Origin: a virus
DNA: 64,000 nt
Strand: one strand, 5' to 3'
IMG/VR virus record: IMGVR_UViG_3300030104_002385
Span: 1-64,000 of that record
Position numbers and translations under genes: made by a program. How positions within the stretch are numbered: the first letter of the stretch is position 1; the number at the start of each line of letters is the position of its first letter. Under the pieces are notes generated by a model. That model saw only the letters and a list, made by a program, of their open reading frames with translations. It was not told where the DNA came from and ran no database searches. This document shows, piece by piece, positions 43,201 to 52,287 of the stretch.

Positions 43201-44376
43201 CATGATTTAGATAACAACGTCATTATCTCTGGTATAGAATCTGAAGTTACACCAACATATTTAACATCTGCAATTGCTGCAGGTGATACCAGTTTACAGG
43301 TTAATGATGCTAGTGCGTTCCATAAGATTATTAATGGAGTTGCAATAAGTGCATCTAACGTTGCATACATTAAGATCAATGATGAGATTATGTCTTACAG
43401 TGCCATTAGTAATGACGGTAAAACAATTACTGTTTATGAAAGAGGTGTATCAGGAACTGCTGTAACACAAGCAGACGAATCTATTGTCGAATGTTACAAC
43501 TTAGATGGTATACCATTGACAGAACTTAATAAGACACATACAGCATTACAGACACCAACCCTAGATTCATATGATCTAGTAACGACTTCTATTGCTATAC
43601 AAGGAATTAAGTCAGGTGGATCTTCGATACTTGCTTCTCAGAATATACAGTATGAATATGTAACACCTTCTGTTCAAAAGGTTCTATTACCTAATACGGA
43701 TATGACAGGTAGGGTTAATTCAATTAGTGGAACTTCTATTAATAATGGTGTTACTCTAAGTCAGAATTCATTCAGTAATAATGGTAAGTTCTATGATGTT
43801 CTGATTAATCGTAGTAATGAGTTCATAAGTCCTCAATTAATATGTTCAAATATTAATGAATCAACAGAATTGGGTGGTGCGAAATCATTTAGATTAGATT
43901 TAAATCTAACAAGTACTGATAGCAACGTTTCACCAATTATTGATACTGATAGAATGTCTATTATCTTGACATCTAATAGGATTAATAATCCAAGTAATGT
44001 AGATTCTGCTAAGTTACCAGTTGGTGATGAGCATGAAGCTGCTTATATAACTAAGATTGCTGATCTAACAAATCCATCTTCATCTATCAAACTAATATTT
44101 TCGGGATACCGTCCACCAGATACACTTATTAAACCTCTATATAGAGTATTGCCATCTGGATCAACTGACTCCATTGAGAAATATGGATTTGAGTTCTTCC
44201 CAACTAATGATGCAACTATTCCAAACACAACAGAATTGGAAGAGTATAGGGAATATGATTATGAGGTTTCTGGATTAGACTTCACACAATATCAAATTAA
44301 GGTATTGTTTGTGTCTGCTAACCAAGCATCTATCCCAAGAATAAGTGACCTAAGAGCGATTGCACTTGCTATCTAA
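37204..44376 (+). CDS. Large virion structural protein, VrlC/DUF4815-like (2390 aa)
   Basis: NLNVTPYYDDFD..NFYRVLFRPGFPIQARELSTMQS, APGAHRF, RLKNGFLVDDF, DPLAQSF, GVLFKSQNASTWT..QYEDMKF, C-terminal PRISDLRAIAL. Confidence 0.85.
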   Translation: MAQNTNLNVTPYYDDFDKSKNFYRVLFRPGFPIQARELSTMQSIMQNQVENIGSHTFKDGAMVIPGQVGYDLNVDCIMLQESFLGADVENYRSQLTGKIITGLTSGVKAKVLYSISAAESDKSYITIYVKYIESGGAALNQDTFSNNEQLITESEITFGTTLIEVGSPFAQLLPTSAIQTGSVAYVQSGVYFIRGFFVDVPYQYILLDQYGTSPKYRIGLEILESIVTPEDDLSLNDNAAGTSNYAAPGAHRFRVTTNLIKKLLTDDADKDFIELLRLNGNKVEKIVDRSAYDELEKSLALRTFEENGDYVVKDFQISMRENLNDGFNNGVYSIGDITSGGATATESNYSVEIGPGIAYVRGYRVKTTAPTYIDLIKPRETDSAQNTNIAFELGNWSTIENLFGFPNVAGSTITNAYQTLELRDTLTASAGTAAGNLIGYARVASCEYVSNPDTTFGNTDDRYKLNLFDVQMVTTIQLNSAKTIAQGSIVVGATTGARGYLIDAVTAATHINLYQVEGTFAASEYLLLDGEQLDTITNVHTYKYSDTRQIVGKDEGTTAVEFTCDVRLEDALFLQGATFTYDATGGSEKITGLNSNFASDLRPGDRIYFSETKYVDVDFVDPTNLASSNVSTIFNYQAQTVNVTPGAGGAAPTAGTYTVMVRYRSKLNQTENADLFSALTKPYVKSISDESMVCRRTFDAQTVASSSISITLPENEQFEPITDQNYTITVLGSTNGTYPAGDQIPIDIANSGALGYTSFTSSERTTIQIDNLTNISSVKVTATISKNVTQRKTKALQKMFILKVNKTTKNLDKINYGLTYSNLYGTRIQDKDVSLGLVDSYKVHAVYESLDDSDPVIPSVTLVEPTFFAVGTVVTGRTSKARATVVDFNSSTLKLTIVYLSGAFTSGETVNGFNTAGAAISGIINDSVGSVVAGSKVITDRYIVDNGQTPFMYTCARLTRKKGFVQPIRKLKIVIDYYSHSATGDYFGGQSYLETDYKNINIFENRFMADFLDFRPGVKNLYTGTGTVASPAYVNCSTFDFKSRVFPTSGTPAATLFDIPKLNSNFKCDFDWYLARIDKLYLLPNGKFQIIKGKSSENPSEPDNLNDGMLLGILRHAPYGFNPNKDVSIAKSDHKRFTMRDIGALEKRLDQVEYFTSLNMLETDTFNIEVTDASGKNRLKNGFLVDDFTDHSKSNLKSEDWGASLDFREGVARPSHFTTNVSLIINETLSQNYQKTGPVVTLPYTEEALITQPYASRTENVNPFNVFTYIGRIDLTPASDDWVDTNRLPEAVQSIEGDFRDTTERLNTDQNGFAGTQWGSWETTWTGSGTRESLGRRNTSRRSDWGGGLAVDETTRITVPSRQTRAGVRTRVVPRIDRISQGDTVVSRTSTPWIRSRNIDVSVVRMKPRTSFFSFFDGQSVNDYFTPKIIELIKDSTTDARTNSTPFVVGETVTGLTSGCKLKVAAPDDYYKFNPYDDTELASSYSSTTAFLNIDTVSLAAQATGTYYGNMQVGEVLLGTSGARAVVRDRRFITDRRGQYRGSLFIPPANVDTNPRWATGTRVLRFTTSATDSRTGGTVSSSAQADYQATGTLETIQENILAVRNADVVTDTVTQTESRNTVRTETRQVGWYDPLAQSFIIDEEGGSYVTSVDVYFNAKDANIPISMQIRSMENGYPTTSILPFSDTTLNPDNIQISETGSIATKFTFQAPVYIPQSQEHCFVLLSDSNSYQVWISRMGELDITGDRTISEQPYAGVLFKSQNASTWTADQYEDMKFIVNRAVFNTSVNSQLVLNNASLDRGNGGQVVLQTDAIQTFQPELQLVMNANNLPYTVGSRLYQKTTNAEGTVTSVGSSGSAVLLTINDISGTWAAGSNTGGVISNRVVSSKALATMVVTGASGDFTVGETITGNSATAPTAEVVTWTAGTNTLTLKYVSTDFTASTETITGALSSKTATVGSITYSGDTIVASAVADAFVGTSPTYTSSQRKIRVFHSNHAMHDLDNNVIISGIESEVTPTYLTSAIAAGDTSLQVNDASAFHKIINGVAISASNVAYIKINDEIMSYSAISNDGKTITVYERGVSGTAVTQADESIVECYNLDGIPLTELNKTHTALQTPTLDSYDLVTTSIAIQGIKSGGSSILASQNIQYEYVTPSVQKVLLPNTDMTGRVNSISGTSINNGVTLSQNSFSNNGKFYDVLINRSNEFISPQLICSNINESTELGGAKSFRLDLNLTSTDSNVSPIIDTDRMSIILTSNRINNPSNVDSAKLPVGDEHEAAYITKIADLTNPSSSIKLIFSGYRPPDTLIKPLYRVLPSGSTDSIEKYGFEFFPTNDATIPNTTELEEYREYDYEVSGLDFTQYQIKVLFVSANQASIPRISDLRAIALAI

Positions 44377-44603
44377 TGAAACAACCAATTGAAAATCATG
44401 ATGGGTGGTGGAAAGACACCACCACTGGTGCTATTCAATCTGCCGATACTAAGGCATATGAAAAATATATGAAGATGTATAAGGCAGATCGGAATAAAGA
44501 AGAAGAATATCAGGCTTTACAAAATGATGTTTCTACGCTAAAATCTGATATGGGTGAGATAAAAGCCCTCTTAACCCAGTTAGCTAACAAAGAAAGGACT
44601 TAA
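44376..44603 (+). CDS. Hypothetical protein with C-terminal coiled coil
   Basis: TAATG coupling to the upstream gene; DTTTGAI motif; heptad LQNDVSTLKSDMGEIKALL. Confidence 0.75.
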   Translation: MKQPIENHDGWWKDTTTGAIQSADTKAYEKYMKMYKADRNKEEEYQALQNDVSTLKSDMGEIKALLTQLANKERT

Positions 44604-44605
44604 TT

Positions 44606-44884
44606 ATGCCAACGACTACTGCATCAATAGATGCCCCTGCTACACCTAATGTACCTACTACACCAGTTTCTGAAACTGGAACTCCTGTAGAAAAGGTATC
44701 TCAGGATGAGATGCTCAAGAATTTTCAAGATAGATTAAAAAATATCCTTAATGAGAATAAGCAGATTTCAGACAAACTTAAAGAAAATGAAATTATAGCA
44801 CTTAAATTACAAGGTGCTATAGAAGCATTAACTTATTATAATCCACAAGAAGAAACGGTGGATAACGTTACAACTGAAGAATAA
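44606..44884 (+). CDS. Hypothetical coiled-coil protein (possible fibre chaperone)
   Basis: Pro/Thr-rich N-terminus, heptad core ending LKLQGAIEAL; preceded by aaagga and followed by a terminator. Confidence 0.7.
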   Translation: MPTTTASIDAPATPNVPTTPVSETGTPVEKVSQDEMLKNFQDRLKNILNENKQISDKLKENEIIALKLQGAIEALTYYNPQEETVDNVTTEE

Positions 44885-44886
44885 TT

Positions 44887-44912
44887 AAAGGGGGATTAAG
44901 TTCCCCCTTTTT
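44887..44912 (+). terminator. Rho-independent terminator
   Basis: AAAGGGGGA-ttaagt-TCCCCCTTT stem-loop running into a T tract directly after the stop codon. Confidence 0.85.
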
Positions 44913-44917
44913 AATGA

Positions 44918-44925
44918 CATAAATA
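44918..44925 (+). promoter_or_regulatory. T4-type late promoter (CATAAATA) for the fibre gene
   Basis: Immediately downstream of the terminator, 36 nt before the ATG at 44962. Confidence 0.8.
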
Positions 44926-44961
44926 ACTGAGAAGCATGTTTTATAGAGTTGTTCCAATAAA

Positions 44962-47900
44962 ATGGCAAATAGAATACAGTTAAGACGAGGTGGTGCTCAG
45001 GAATGGGCAAACTCAAACCCTACATTGGCACAAGGTGAATTAGGGATAGAATTAGACACAGGCCGATTTAAACTTGGCGATGGTGTTTCAGCATGGAACT
45101 CTTTGAGATACGAGAGACCAGTTGAATCAACATCTAATACAGCAAATACGTTAGTACAGAGAGACGCAGACGGCAATTTTTCTGCTGGTACTATAACGTC
45201 AACTCTAATTGGTAACGCTTCAACTGCTACACGTCTTGCTTCAACTAGACAAATTCAACTCTCTGGGGATGTACAATCATCTGGTGTATTCGATGGTTCT
45301 GCAAACCTAACATTAAACTCAGCATTAGGTTTAGTATCAACACTACCTCATTATGATGGTACTGCAACACCTACAGGTACATATACAAAACTTACTGTAG
45401 ATGCAAAGGGTAGAATTACTAATGCTACAAACCCAACAACTCTTGCTGATTACAATCTTAATGGAACCGTAGAAGGTTCATCTGCACAACCATATGATTT
45501 AGACCTTGTTGCTGTTGCAGGTCTTACTAGTACTGGTTTAATATCTAGAACTAGTACTGGTACTATGGCAACCAGAGCAATTGCTGGTACTGCCACAAGA
45601 ATTGCTATTACAGATGGTAGTGGTCTTTCTGGAAACCCAACAATTGATCTTATAACAACTGCTGTTACTGGTGCTGCTTATAACACAGCATCTCTAACAT
45701 CTATTGCTGGATCACAAACTGTTAATACTACAGCATATACAGTTGATGATTACGGTAGACTAACAGCATCAGTAGCACTTCCTATTGCAACTGCTGTAGA
45801 GGGAACAGATGCACTTGCATATGCTGCAGGTACTACATATGTTCGTGATGATAAAATTACTAATGCATCAAAACTTTATCAAGCAATAGCAGGTATTGCT
45901 GCTGGTGCTGGTGCTCCAACTCATTCAGATGCTACTGATGCTGGATCTTGGAGATATCTTGGTGCAGTTACAACTAAACAAAAAGGATTAGCGTCATTCG
46001 CACAGGAAGATTTTGACGTATCTGCAGCAGGTCATGTCACTATTTCTGCTAATGGGGTTGATAATACTCAACTACAAAATAGACGTATCGGTTTTGCTGA
46101 TGGAAATACTGTAGAGAATTTTGAATTAGATCAGGAACTCACAGCAACATCTGGTTATAGAGGTTTTAATTATTTAAATTATATAAAGGTCAATGACACT
46201 TCAGGTAATCTTCTGTTTGGTGCTAATAACACTGGCGATAGTAGTGCTGGTGAGATCGATGTCAATGTAAGATCATACTTTAGTGATCCAGATATTACTT
46301 TGGATGGTGCTGTTGCACAAACTTTAGACAAGACTGGAGATGGTAATCTAACATTCCAGACTACACAGAACTCAACATCCGCTAGAACATTAAGTATTTT
46401 AGCAACTAATGCTGGCACTGGTGCTAGTGGTGTTGTAGTAACTGCAGAAAATACAGTTACTATCACTGCATCAGACGCTGCTGGTAAAGTTCAAATAGAA
46501 GACATATATCTTCAAGGAGATTATATCGCTTCCTCTGCTGCTACTATGATCTTGGATCCTGGTGATGACAGAGCGACTAGTGGTAAAGTTCAGATAATGG
46601 GGGATTTACAAGTTGATGGAACGACTACGACAGTTAATTCAACCGTTACTACGTTGGATGATCCTATTATCACTCTTGGCGGTGATACTGCTCCAGGTTC
46701 AGATGACGGTAAGGATAGAGGAGTTGAATTCAGATATTACGACACACAAGCAAGAGTTGGATTCTTTGGTTACGACGATTCGGCCGCTGATCTTGGAGGC
46801 CATTCAGGAGCGTTCTCATTCGTCTACGATGCCACAAATACCGCAGAGGTATTCGCTGGAACAGATGCAGGGATCATCGCTGGTAACTTAAAATTAACAA
46901 CTAATACTAACTCAACCTCAAATACTACTGGAGATTTAGTAGTAGCAGGTGGTGTTGGTATTGGAGATGATGTTAATATTGGTGGTACTTTAGATGTTGA
47001 TACTAACTTCAGAACTCATGGTACATCTAGGTTTGATGATGAAGTAGTTATTCAAGGTGCATCTAAAGACTTCATAATGAAGAACGGAAGTGGTACTGCA
47101 AAATTTACAGCAGGATCTACAACTGGTAACCTTACTATGGCAGGTGTTCTTGCCGTCACAGGTAATGTAGATGTTAATAGTAATAAGTTTAATATAACAG
47201 CAGCATCTGGTAATACTGCTATTGCTGGTACTCTAACGGTATCAGATGAGACTATAGTTAAGGCAGACAATAAAACCTTTAAAGTTCAAACTGCTGCTGG
47301 AGTAGATAAGTTTGTTGTTGATACAGATAACGGTAATCTAGATTCTGCAGGTGGTGCAAATATTGCAGGACTTGTTTATCTTGAAAGTACAGATGAACCT
47401 GATATCTTATCTGGTGCTCCACATACAATTCAGAATGCCGACTACGGTGCATTACGAGTAGATGGTGGTGGATACTTTGATAAGAACGTTCTCTTTAATG
47501 GTGACATCTTCCTGAATGGTGACTTTAACCAGCAAGAAGACGCAACTGAGAACTACGGTTTAAGGAACTATCTATCCATCAGATACAAGATGCGAGCAGG
47601 TTCTGTTGCTGCATATACTCCAAGTTATTCAAACCATAACACTTCTAACTTAAGAGTTTTTGGTGGTGCTGGTATTAACACAACACTACACGTTGGTGGA
47701 ACTGGTGCTAGTCAAGGTTTATTTGTAGGTAAAAAGAACTCTGGAGATACAGTTAAGTTTAGTGTTCTAGGTGCTTCAGGAGATATCACATCTGAAGGTA
47801 CACTAACACAGAATGGTAATGCTGAGTTTAATGGAACTGTAGATGTCGATGGTAACTTTGCTGTTCGTAATAGTACAACAGATAAGTTTACTGTTGCTTC

Positions 47901-50900
47901 TTCTACTGGTAATGCAGTTGGTGAAGGAGATCTAAACATTAAAGGTGCAGTTGATTTTGATACTACACTTAATGTTGATGGTGCTACAACTATCCAAGAT
48001 GATCTTATCGTCAAGTCTGACAATAAGACGTTCAAGGTTCAGAATGCATCTGCTGCAGATAAGTTTACTATTGATACTGATAATGGTAATACAGAGACAC
48101 AAGGTACATTAACAGTACAAGGTCAAACAAACATCATTGACTCTCTTGTAATTAATGCAGCGAATGAAAATTTATATATTCAGAATGGTTCTGCTGTTAC
48201 TAAATTCTCAGTTGATACTGATAACGGTAACACTAACATTATTGGTACTCTTACCGTTGGTGATGCTACACAGATTAATGACACCTTCGGTGTTTCTGGT
48301 GTAGTAACAGCAACAAATAACACAGAGCAAACACTTACTGGTTCATATGCTGCTGATGGTTCTGTAAGACTTTCTGGTGGTGTTGGATTAGCAAAGAACT
48401 TAGCAGTTGGTGGAGACGCAAGAGTATACGGTACTTTAGAAGTAACACAGACTGTAGATATTAATGACGCTGTTGATGTATCAGGTAATTTAGTTGTAAG
48501 TAATACACAAGAAGCAACATCTCTTGCAGATGCTTCTGTTGCTCTACAAGTTGCTGGTGGTGCAACGATTGATAAGAACACCTACATTGGTGGAAACCTT
48601 GTAGTCTATGATGCTGGTAATACTCGTGCTGCATTTACAGTAACTAACAGTTCAGGTGATGGTGAGTTCCACAATGACCTTACAATTGGAGGTAACTTAA
48701 TAGTCAATGGATCAACAACTACTGTCAATAGCACGGTCACAACTCTCGATGACCCTATTATTACTTTGGGTGGTGACACAGCACCATCGTCTAATGATGC
48801 TAAGGATCGTGGTGTTGAATTCCGTTACTATGACGGCTCTGCTAAAATTGGGTTCTTCGGATTTGATAGATCCACACAAGAATTTGCATTCCTAACAAGT
48901 GCAACTAATACTTCAGAGGTTCTAGCAGGTACAGATGGTCCATTAAGAGTTGGATCTATTAATGTAACTGGTGCTGGTACTTCAGTTGATATTGATAATA
49001 ATTTAAATGTAGATGGTACAGCAACAGTTGATGGTCAAATAATTTCTCAACTTGCTCAAGGTACTGCTCCATTTGTAATTGCATCTACAACTAAAGTTAA
49101 TAACCTTAACGCAGATCTACTAGATGGCATGACAACTGCTACTGCTAATACAGTATCTACAGTTGTTAATAGAGATGCATCTGGAAACTTTGCTGCAGGA
49201 ACAATTACTGCTGCCCTAACAGGTAATGCAGATACTTCTACTGAAGCAACAAATGTAACTGTTAGTGCTAACAATACTGCTAATGAAACTGTATATTTAA
49301 CATTCGTTGATGGTGCCACTGGCACTCAAGGAGTTGAAACTGATACAGGACTTAATTACAATCCAAGTACAGGAATTCTAACTACTACCCAAGTAACTGG
49401 TAATGTAGTTGGAGATGTAACTGGAGATCTTACAGGTACTGCTGATGTTGCAACTACAATTACTCTTGCTGACGAATCTACTGACACTTCATGTAACGTT
49501 CTATTCGCAACAGCAGCAACTGGCAATCTTGCAGCGAAGACTGGTACTAACCTCACGTTCAATTCCAACACTGGTATTTTAACTGCTACTGGATTTAGTG
49601 GTCCTATTACTGGTGAAGTTACAGGTAATGCTGCTACTGCTACAGTCCTCGCTACAGCGAGAAATATTGGTGGGGTATCATTCAATGGTTCTGCTGATAT
49701 AACCCTTCCAGGCGTTAATTCAAGCGGTAATCAGGACACCTCTGGTAATGCTGCTACTGCTACTGCTCTTGCAACAGCAAGAAACATTGGTGGAGTATCA
49801 TTTGATGGTACTGCTGCAATTAACCTTCCAGGCGTTAATACAGCAGGTAATCAGGACACCTCTGGAAATGCTGCAACTTCTACTCAGGCAGCAAACCTAA
49901 CCAATCATAATACTGGTGGTCTATCAGAAGGAACTAACCTCTATTATACAGAAGCAAGAGTACAAGCAAAACTAGATAATGCTTATTCTCAGTTGAAGTC
50001 TATGCTCAATAACCTTGCAACTTCAACTACATTGACTATGAATTTATCTGGAGACCCAACACCAGGTGTCGTTGTTACTCTCGGATCAATTACTGCTAAT
50101 GGTATTGGTGGATTTTCGAGTGCTTCAAACGTTGCTACATCAGGTGGAACAGGATCTTCATTAACAGTTGATACTACAGTTAACGCTGCTGGTGCTATAA
50201 CTGGAATAGCATTGAATACTGCTGGTACAGACTATCTTGTATCTGATACTTTGACAATCACTAACCCAAATCTGGGTGGTGTTTCTGCTCTTAACGTTGG
50301 TACTTTAAGTGCTGGTACTGGATATGCTACAGGAACTACTATCGCAACAACTTCGTCTGGATCTGGTAGTGCATGTACAGTTGATATTACTGGTGTTAGT
50401 GGCACTGGTGCCATCACTGGTATATCAATCAATGCAAATGGTTCTGGTTATGCAATCGGTGAAACACTAACAATCGCCAATGCTAATGCCACTGGTGCTA
50501 AGACCCTCGGTTCTATCGCTACTGCTGGTACAGGTTATGCTGCTGGATCTGCTATTGCTACTTCTGCTTCTGGATCTGGATCTTCTGCAACTGTTGACAT
50601 TACAGTTGATGGATCTGGTGCTGTAACAGGTGTCACAATTAATGATGATGGTACTGGATATGCAGCATCTGAAGTATTGACAATTACTAACGCTAATGCA
50701 TCTGGTGTTAAAACACTCGGATCTATTAGTGTTGCTGGTACTGGATATACTACAGCATCTGGAGTTGCTACAACTTCATCTGGTTCAGGAACTGGATTGA
50801 CAGTTGATGTAACAGTATCTTCAGGTGGTCTTGCAACTCTAACAATTAATAATGATGGTTCTGGATATGCTGCATCAGACACTATTACAGTTGTTAATGC

Positions 50901-51468
50901 TAACGCATCTGGAGTTAAAACTCTTGGAACTATCTCTGCTGCTGGTACTGGATATACTGAAGGAAGTGCTACTGGTGTTTCAACAACAGCAAGTGGATCA
51001 GGTACTGGTCTGACGGTAGATATTGTTGTTGATGCATCTGGTAACGTTACTAGTGTTGCAATTAATAATGATGGTTCTGGATACGCAGCATCTGAAGTTA
51101 TCACAATTGCAGGTGAAGGTGATGGTAATGCTACTATCCCAGTCTCTGCTATTCATGGAAATGGAGGAACATCATCTGTTTCTGCTATTCATGGTAACGG
51201 TGCAACGATCCCTGTATCAGCAATACATGGTAATGGTGCATCGATTAATACTTCTACAGTATTCACCAATGCTACATTCGCTCTATCTGACATCACAACG
51301 ATGGAAGTTGGTGCAACTGTAACAGGTGGAACCTCTGGTACAACTGGTGTTATTACTGCTCTTGGTACTAATGCAATTACAGTTAATACCGTTGACGGAT
51401 TCTTCAAAGTCGGAGAAACCGTTGGTGCTAATGATGTTACTAACTTGACGATCTCCTCATTCGCTTAA
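44962..51468 (+). CDS. Long fibre protein (2168 aa) with Mtd/hyaluronidase-type N-terminal attachment domain
   Basis: RIQLRRG...W...NPTLAQGELGIELDTGRFKLGDG..AWNSL N-terminus; VDAKGRIT and GNASTATRL fibre motifs; Gly/Thr/Ala-rich beta repeats; lies just before gp13. Confidence 0.85.
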   Translation: MANRIQLRRGGAQEWANSNPTLAQGELGIELDTGRFKLGDGVSAWNSLRYERPVESTSNTANTLVQRDADGNFSAGTITSTLIGNASTATRLASTRQIQLSGDVQSSGVFDGSANLTLNSALGLVSTLPHYDGTATPTGTYTKLTVDAKGRITNATNPTTLADYNLNGTVEGSSAQPYDLDLVAVAGLTSTGLISRTSTGTMATRAIAGTATRIAITDGSGLSGNPTIDLITTAVTGAAYNTASLTSIAGSQTVNTTAYTVDDYGRLTASVALPIATAVEGTDALAYAAGTTYVRDDKITNASKLYQAIAGIAAGAGAPTHSDATDAGSWRYLGAVTTKQKGLASFAQEDFDVSAAGHVTISANGVDNTQLQNRRIGFADGNTVENFELDQELTATSGYRGFNYLNYIKVNDTSGNLLFGANNTGDSSAGEIDVNVRSYFSDPDITLDGAVAQTLDKTGDGNLTFQTTQNSTSARTLSILATNAGTGASGVVVTAENTVTITASDAAGKVQIEDIYLQGDYIASSAATMILDPGDDRATSGKVQIMGDLQVDGTTTTVNSTVTTLDDPIITLGGDTAPGSDDGKDRGVEFRYYDTQARVGFFGYDDSAADLGGHSGAFSFVYDATNTAEVFAGTDAGIIAGNLKLTTNTNSTSNTTGDLVVAGGVGIGDDVNIGGTLDVDTNFRTHGTSRFDDEVVIQGASKDFIMKNGSGTAKFTAGSTTGNLTMAGVLAVTGNVDVNSNKFNITAASGNTAIAGTLTVSDETIVKADNKTFKVQTAAGVDKFVVDTDNGNLDSAGGANIAGLVYLESTDEPDILSGAPHTIQNADYGALRVDGGGYFDKNVLFNGDIFLNGDFNQQEDATENYGLRNYLSIRYKMRAGSVAAYTPSYSNHNTSNLRVFGGAGINTTLHVGGTGASQGLFVGKKNSGDTVKFSVLGASGDITSEGTLTQNGNAEFNGTVDVDGNFAVRNSTTDKFTVASSTGNAVGEGDLNIKGAVDFDTTLNVDGATTIQDDLIVKSDNKTFKVQNASAADKFTIDTDNGNTETQGTLTVQGQTNIIDSLVINAANENLYIQNGSAVTKFSVDTDNGNTNIIGTLTVGDATQINDTFGVSGVVTATNNTEQTLTGSYAADGSVRLSGGVGLAKNLAVGGDARVYGTLEVTQTVDINDAVDVSGNLVVSNTQEATSLADASVALQVAGGATIDKNTYIGGNLVVYDAGNTRAAFTVTNSSGDGEFHNDLTIGGNLIVNGSTTTVNSTVTTLDDPIITLGGDTAPSSNDAKDRGVEFRYYDGSAKIGFFGFDRSTQEFAFLTSATNTSEVLAGTDGPLRVGSINVTGAGTSVDIDNNLNVDGTATVDGQIISQLAQGTAPFVIASTTKVNNLNADLLDGMTTATANTVSTVVNRDASGNFAAGTITAALTGNADTSTEATNVTVSANNTANETVYLTFVDGATGTQGVETDTGLNYNPSTGILTTTQVTGNVVGDVTGDLTGTADVATTITLADESTDTSCNVLFATAATGNLAAKTGTNLTFNSNTGILTATGFSGPITGEVTGNAATATVLATARNIGGVSFNGSADITLPGVNSSGNQDTSGNAATATALATARNIGGVSFDGTAAINLPGVNTAGNQDTSGNAATSTQAANLTNHNTGGLSEGTNLYYTEARVQAKLDNAYSQLKSMLNNLATSTTLTMNLSGDPTPGVVVTLGSITANGIGGFSSASNVATSGGTGSSLTVDTTVNAAGAITGIALNTAGTDYLVSDTLTITNPNLGGVSALNVGTLSAGTGYATGTTIATTSSGSGSACTVDITGVSGTGAITGISINANGSGYAIGETLTIANANATGAKTLGSIATAGTGYAAGSAIATSASGSGSSATVDITVDGSGAVTGVTINDDGTGYAASEVLTITNANASGVKTLGSISVAGTGYTTASGVATTSSGSGTGLTVDVTVSSGGLATLTINNDGSGYAASDTITVVNANASGVKTLGTISAAGTGYTEGSATGVSTTASGSGTGLTVDIVVDASGNVTSVAINNDGSGYAASEVITIAGEGDGNATIPVSAIHGNGGTSSVSAIHGNGATIPVSAIHGNGASINTSTVFTNATFALSDITTMEVGATVTGGTSGTTGVITALGTNAITVNTVDGFFKVGETVGANDVTNLTISSFA
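49624..49876 (+). repeat. 120-bp tandem duplication (~2.1 copies) in the fibre gene
   Basis: GNAATAT.LATARNIGGVSF.G.A.I.LPGVN..GNQDTS repeats from 49624, 49744 and 49864, with shared DNA runs such as ggtaatcaggacacctctgg. Confidence 0.9.
50065..51300 (+). repeat. Five ~70-aa repeats followed by five ~12-aa repeats (nested domain block) in the fibre C-terminus
   Basis: Openers at ~50065, 50272, 50488, 50698 and 50905; closers GNATIPVSAIH, GNGGTSSVSAIH, GNGATIPVSAIH, GNGASINTSTVF, TNATFALSDITT at 51124-51300. Confidence 0.85.
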
Positions 51469-51473
51469 AATAA

Positions 51474-52280
51474 ATGTCCACAACTAGACCCGCAAGTAAA
51501 ACTGAATTGAAGAACTATGCTCTTCGTAGGTTAGGATATCCTACGATAGACATTAACGTTGCTACTGAACAACTAGATGACCTAGTTGAAGAAGTAATTG
51601 ATTACTATCAGGAATATCATTATAACGGAAGTTATAAGACGTTCATGAGAGTTGAAGTTACACAGGCAATGTTGACTGCAGGACAAGGGTTTACTCAGCA
51701 AGGTTCAACTCCTTGGTATGGTGCGGATAATTATATCGACACACCTCCAGGTATGTTAAACATCAATCATGTTTATACAAACATTGGTTTGTCAAAAATG
51801 TCTAGTGGTAATATATTCAATATTAAATATCAACTTTTCTTGAATGATATTCATAATATGACACATGGTCGTATTTTACATTACTATATGACTTCTCAAT
51901 ATCTTGAGACTTTAGATTGGATAACCAACTCTCAAGCAAATCGTAGAGTTAAATGGAATGAAATGCAAGGCAAACTTTATATGGACTTTGATTGGAAAGA
52001 TATTGCAGTGGGTGATTTTATTATGGTTGATTGTAACATGCGTCAAGACCCAGATACATACACTGACATGTATAATGATAATTGGTTAAAGGATTATACC
52101 GAAGCATTGTTCCAACAACAGTGGGGTAGAAATCTAAGTAAGTATGATGGTATTCAGATGATAGGTGGTGTTACACTTAATGGTAGACAAATACTTGAAG
52201 ATGGTAGTACTTATAAAACTTCTTTGGAAGAGAAGTTACGTGATACTTATGAACTTCCACCTATGGACTTAGTAGGGTAA
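51474..52280 (+). CDS. gp13: Neck protein gp13
   Basis: LKNYALRRLGYPTIDINV..EQLDD, YNDNWLKDY..AL..QQWGRNLSKY.GIQM.GGVTLNG. Confidence 0.95.
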   Translation: MSTTRPASKTELKNYALRRLGYPTIDINVATEQLDDLVEEVIDYYQEYHYNGSYKTFMRVEVTQAMLTAGQGFTQQGSTPWYGADNYIDTPPGMLNINHVYTNIGLSKMSSGNIFNIKYQLFLNDIHNMTHGRILHYYMTSQYLETLDWITNSQANRRVKWNEMQGKLYMDFDWKDIAVGDFIMVDCNMRQDPDTYTDMYNDNWLKDYTEALFQQQWGRNLSKYDGIQMIGGVTLNGRQILEDGSTYKTSLEEKLRDTYELPPMDLVG

Positions 52281-52287
52281 TTACTAA

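Noticed and set aside
44962-45120. Mtd-like N-terminus suggesting a diversity-generating retroelement target
   Set aside because: No reverse transcriptase and no template/variable repeat pair differing at adenines were seen; this N-terminal domain is a generic attachment module.
46613-46891. Overlapping +1-frame ORF with a hydrophobic stretch, considered as an embedded spanin or holin
   Set aside because: No lipobox Cys, starts at TTG, and such hydrophobicity is typical of all +1-frame shadows in this genome.
46179-51407. Cluster of minus-strand ORFs up to 189 aa within the fibre gene
   Set aside because: Antisense mirror of Gly/Thr/Ala/Ser repeats; no independent coding signal.
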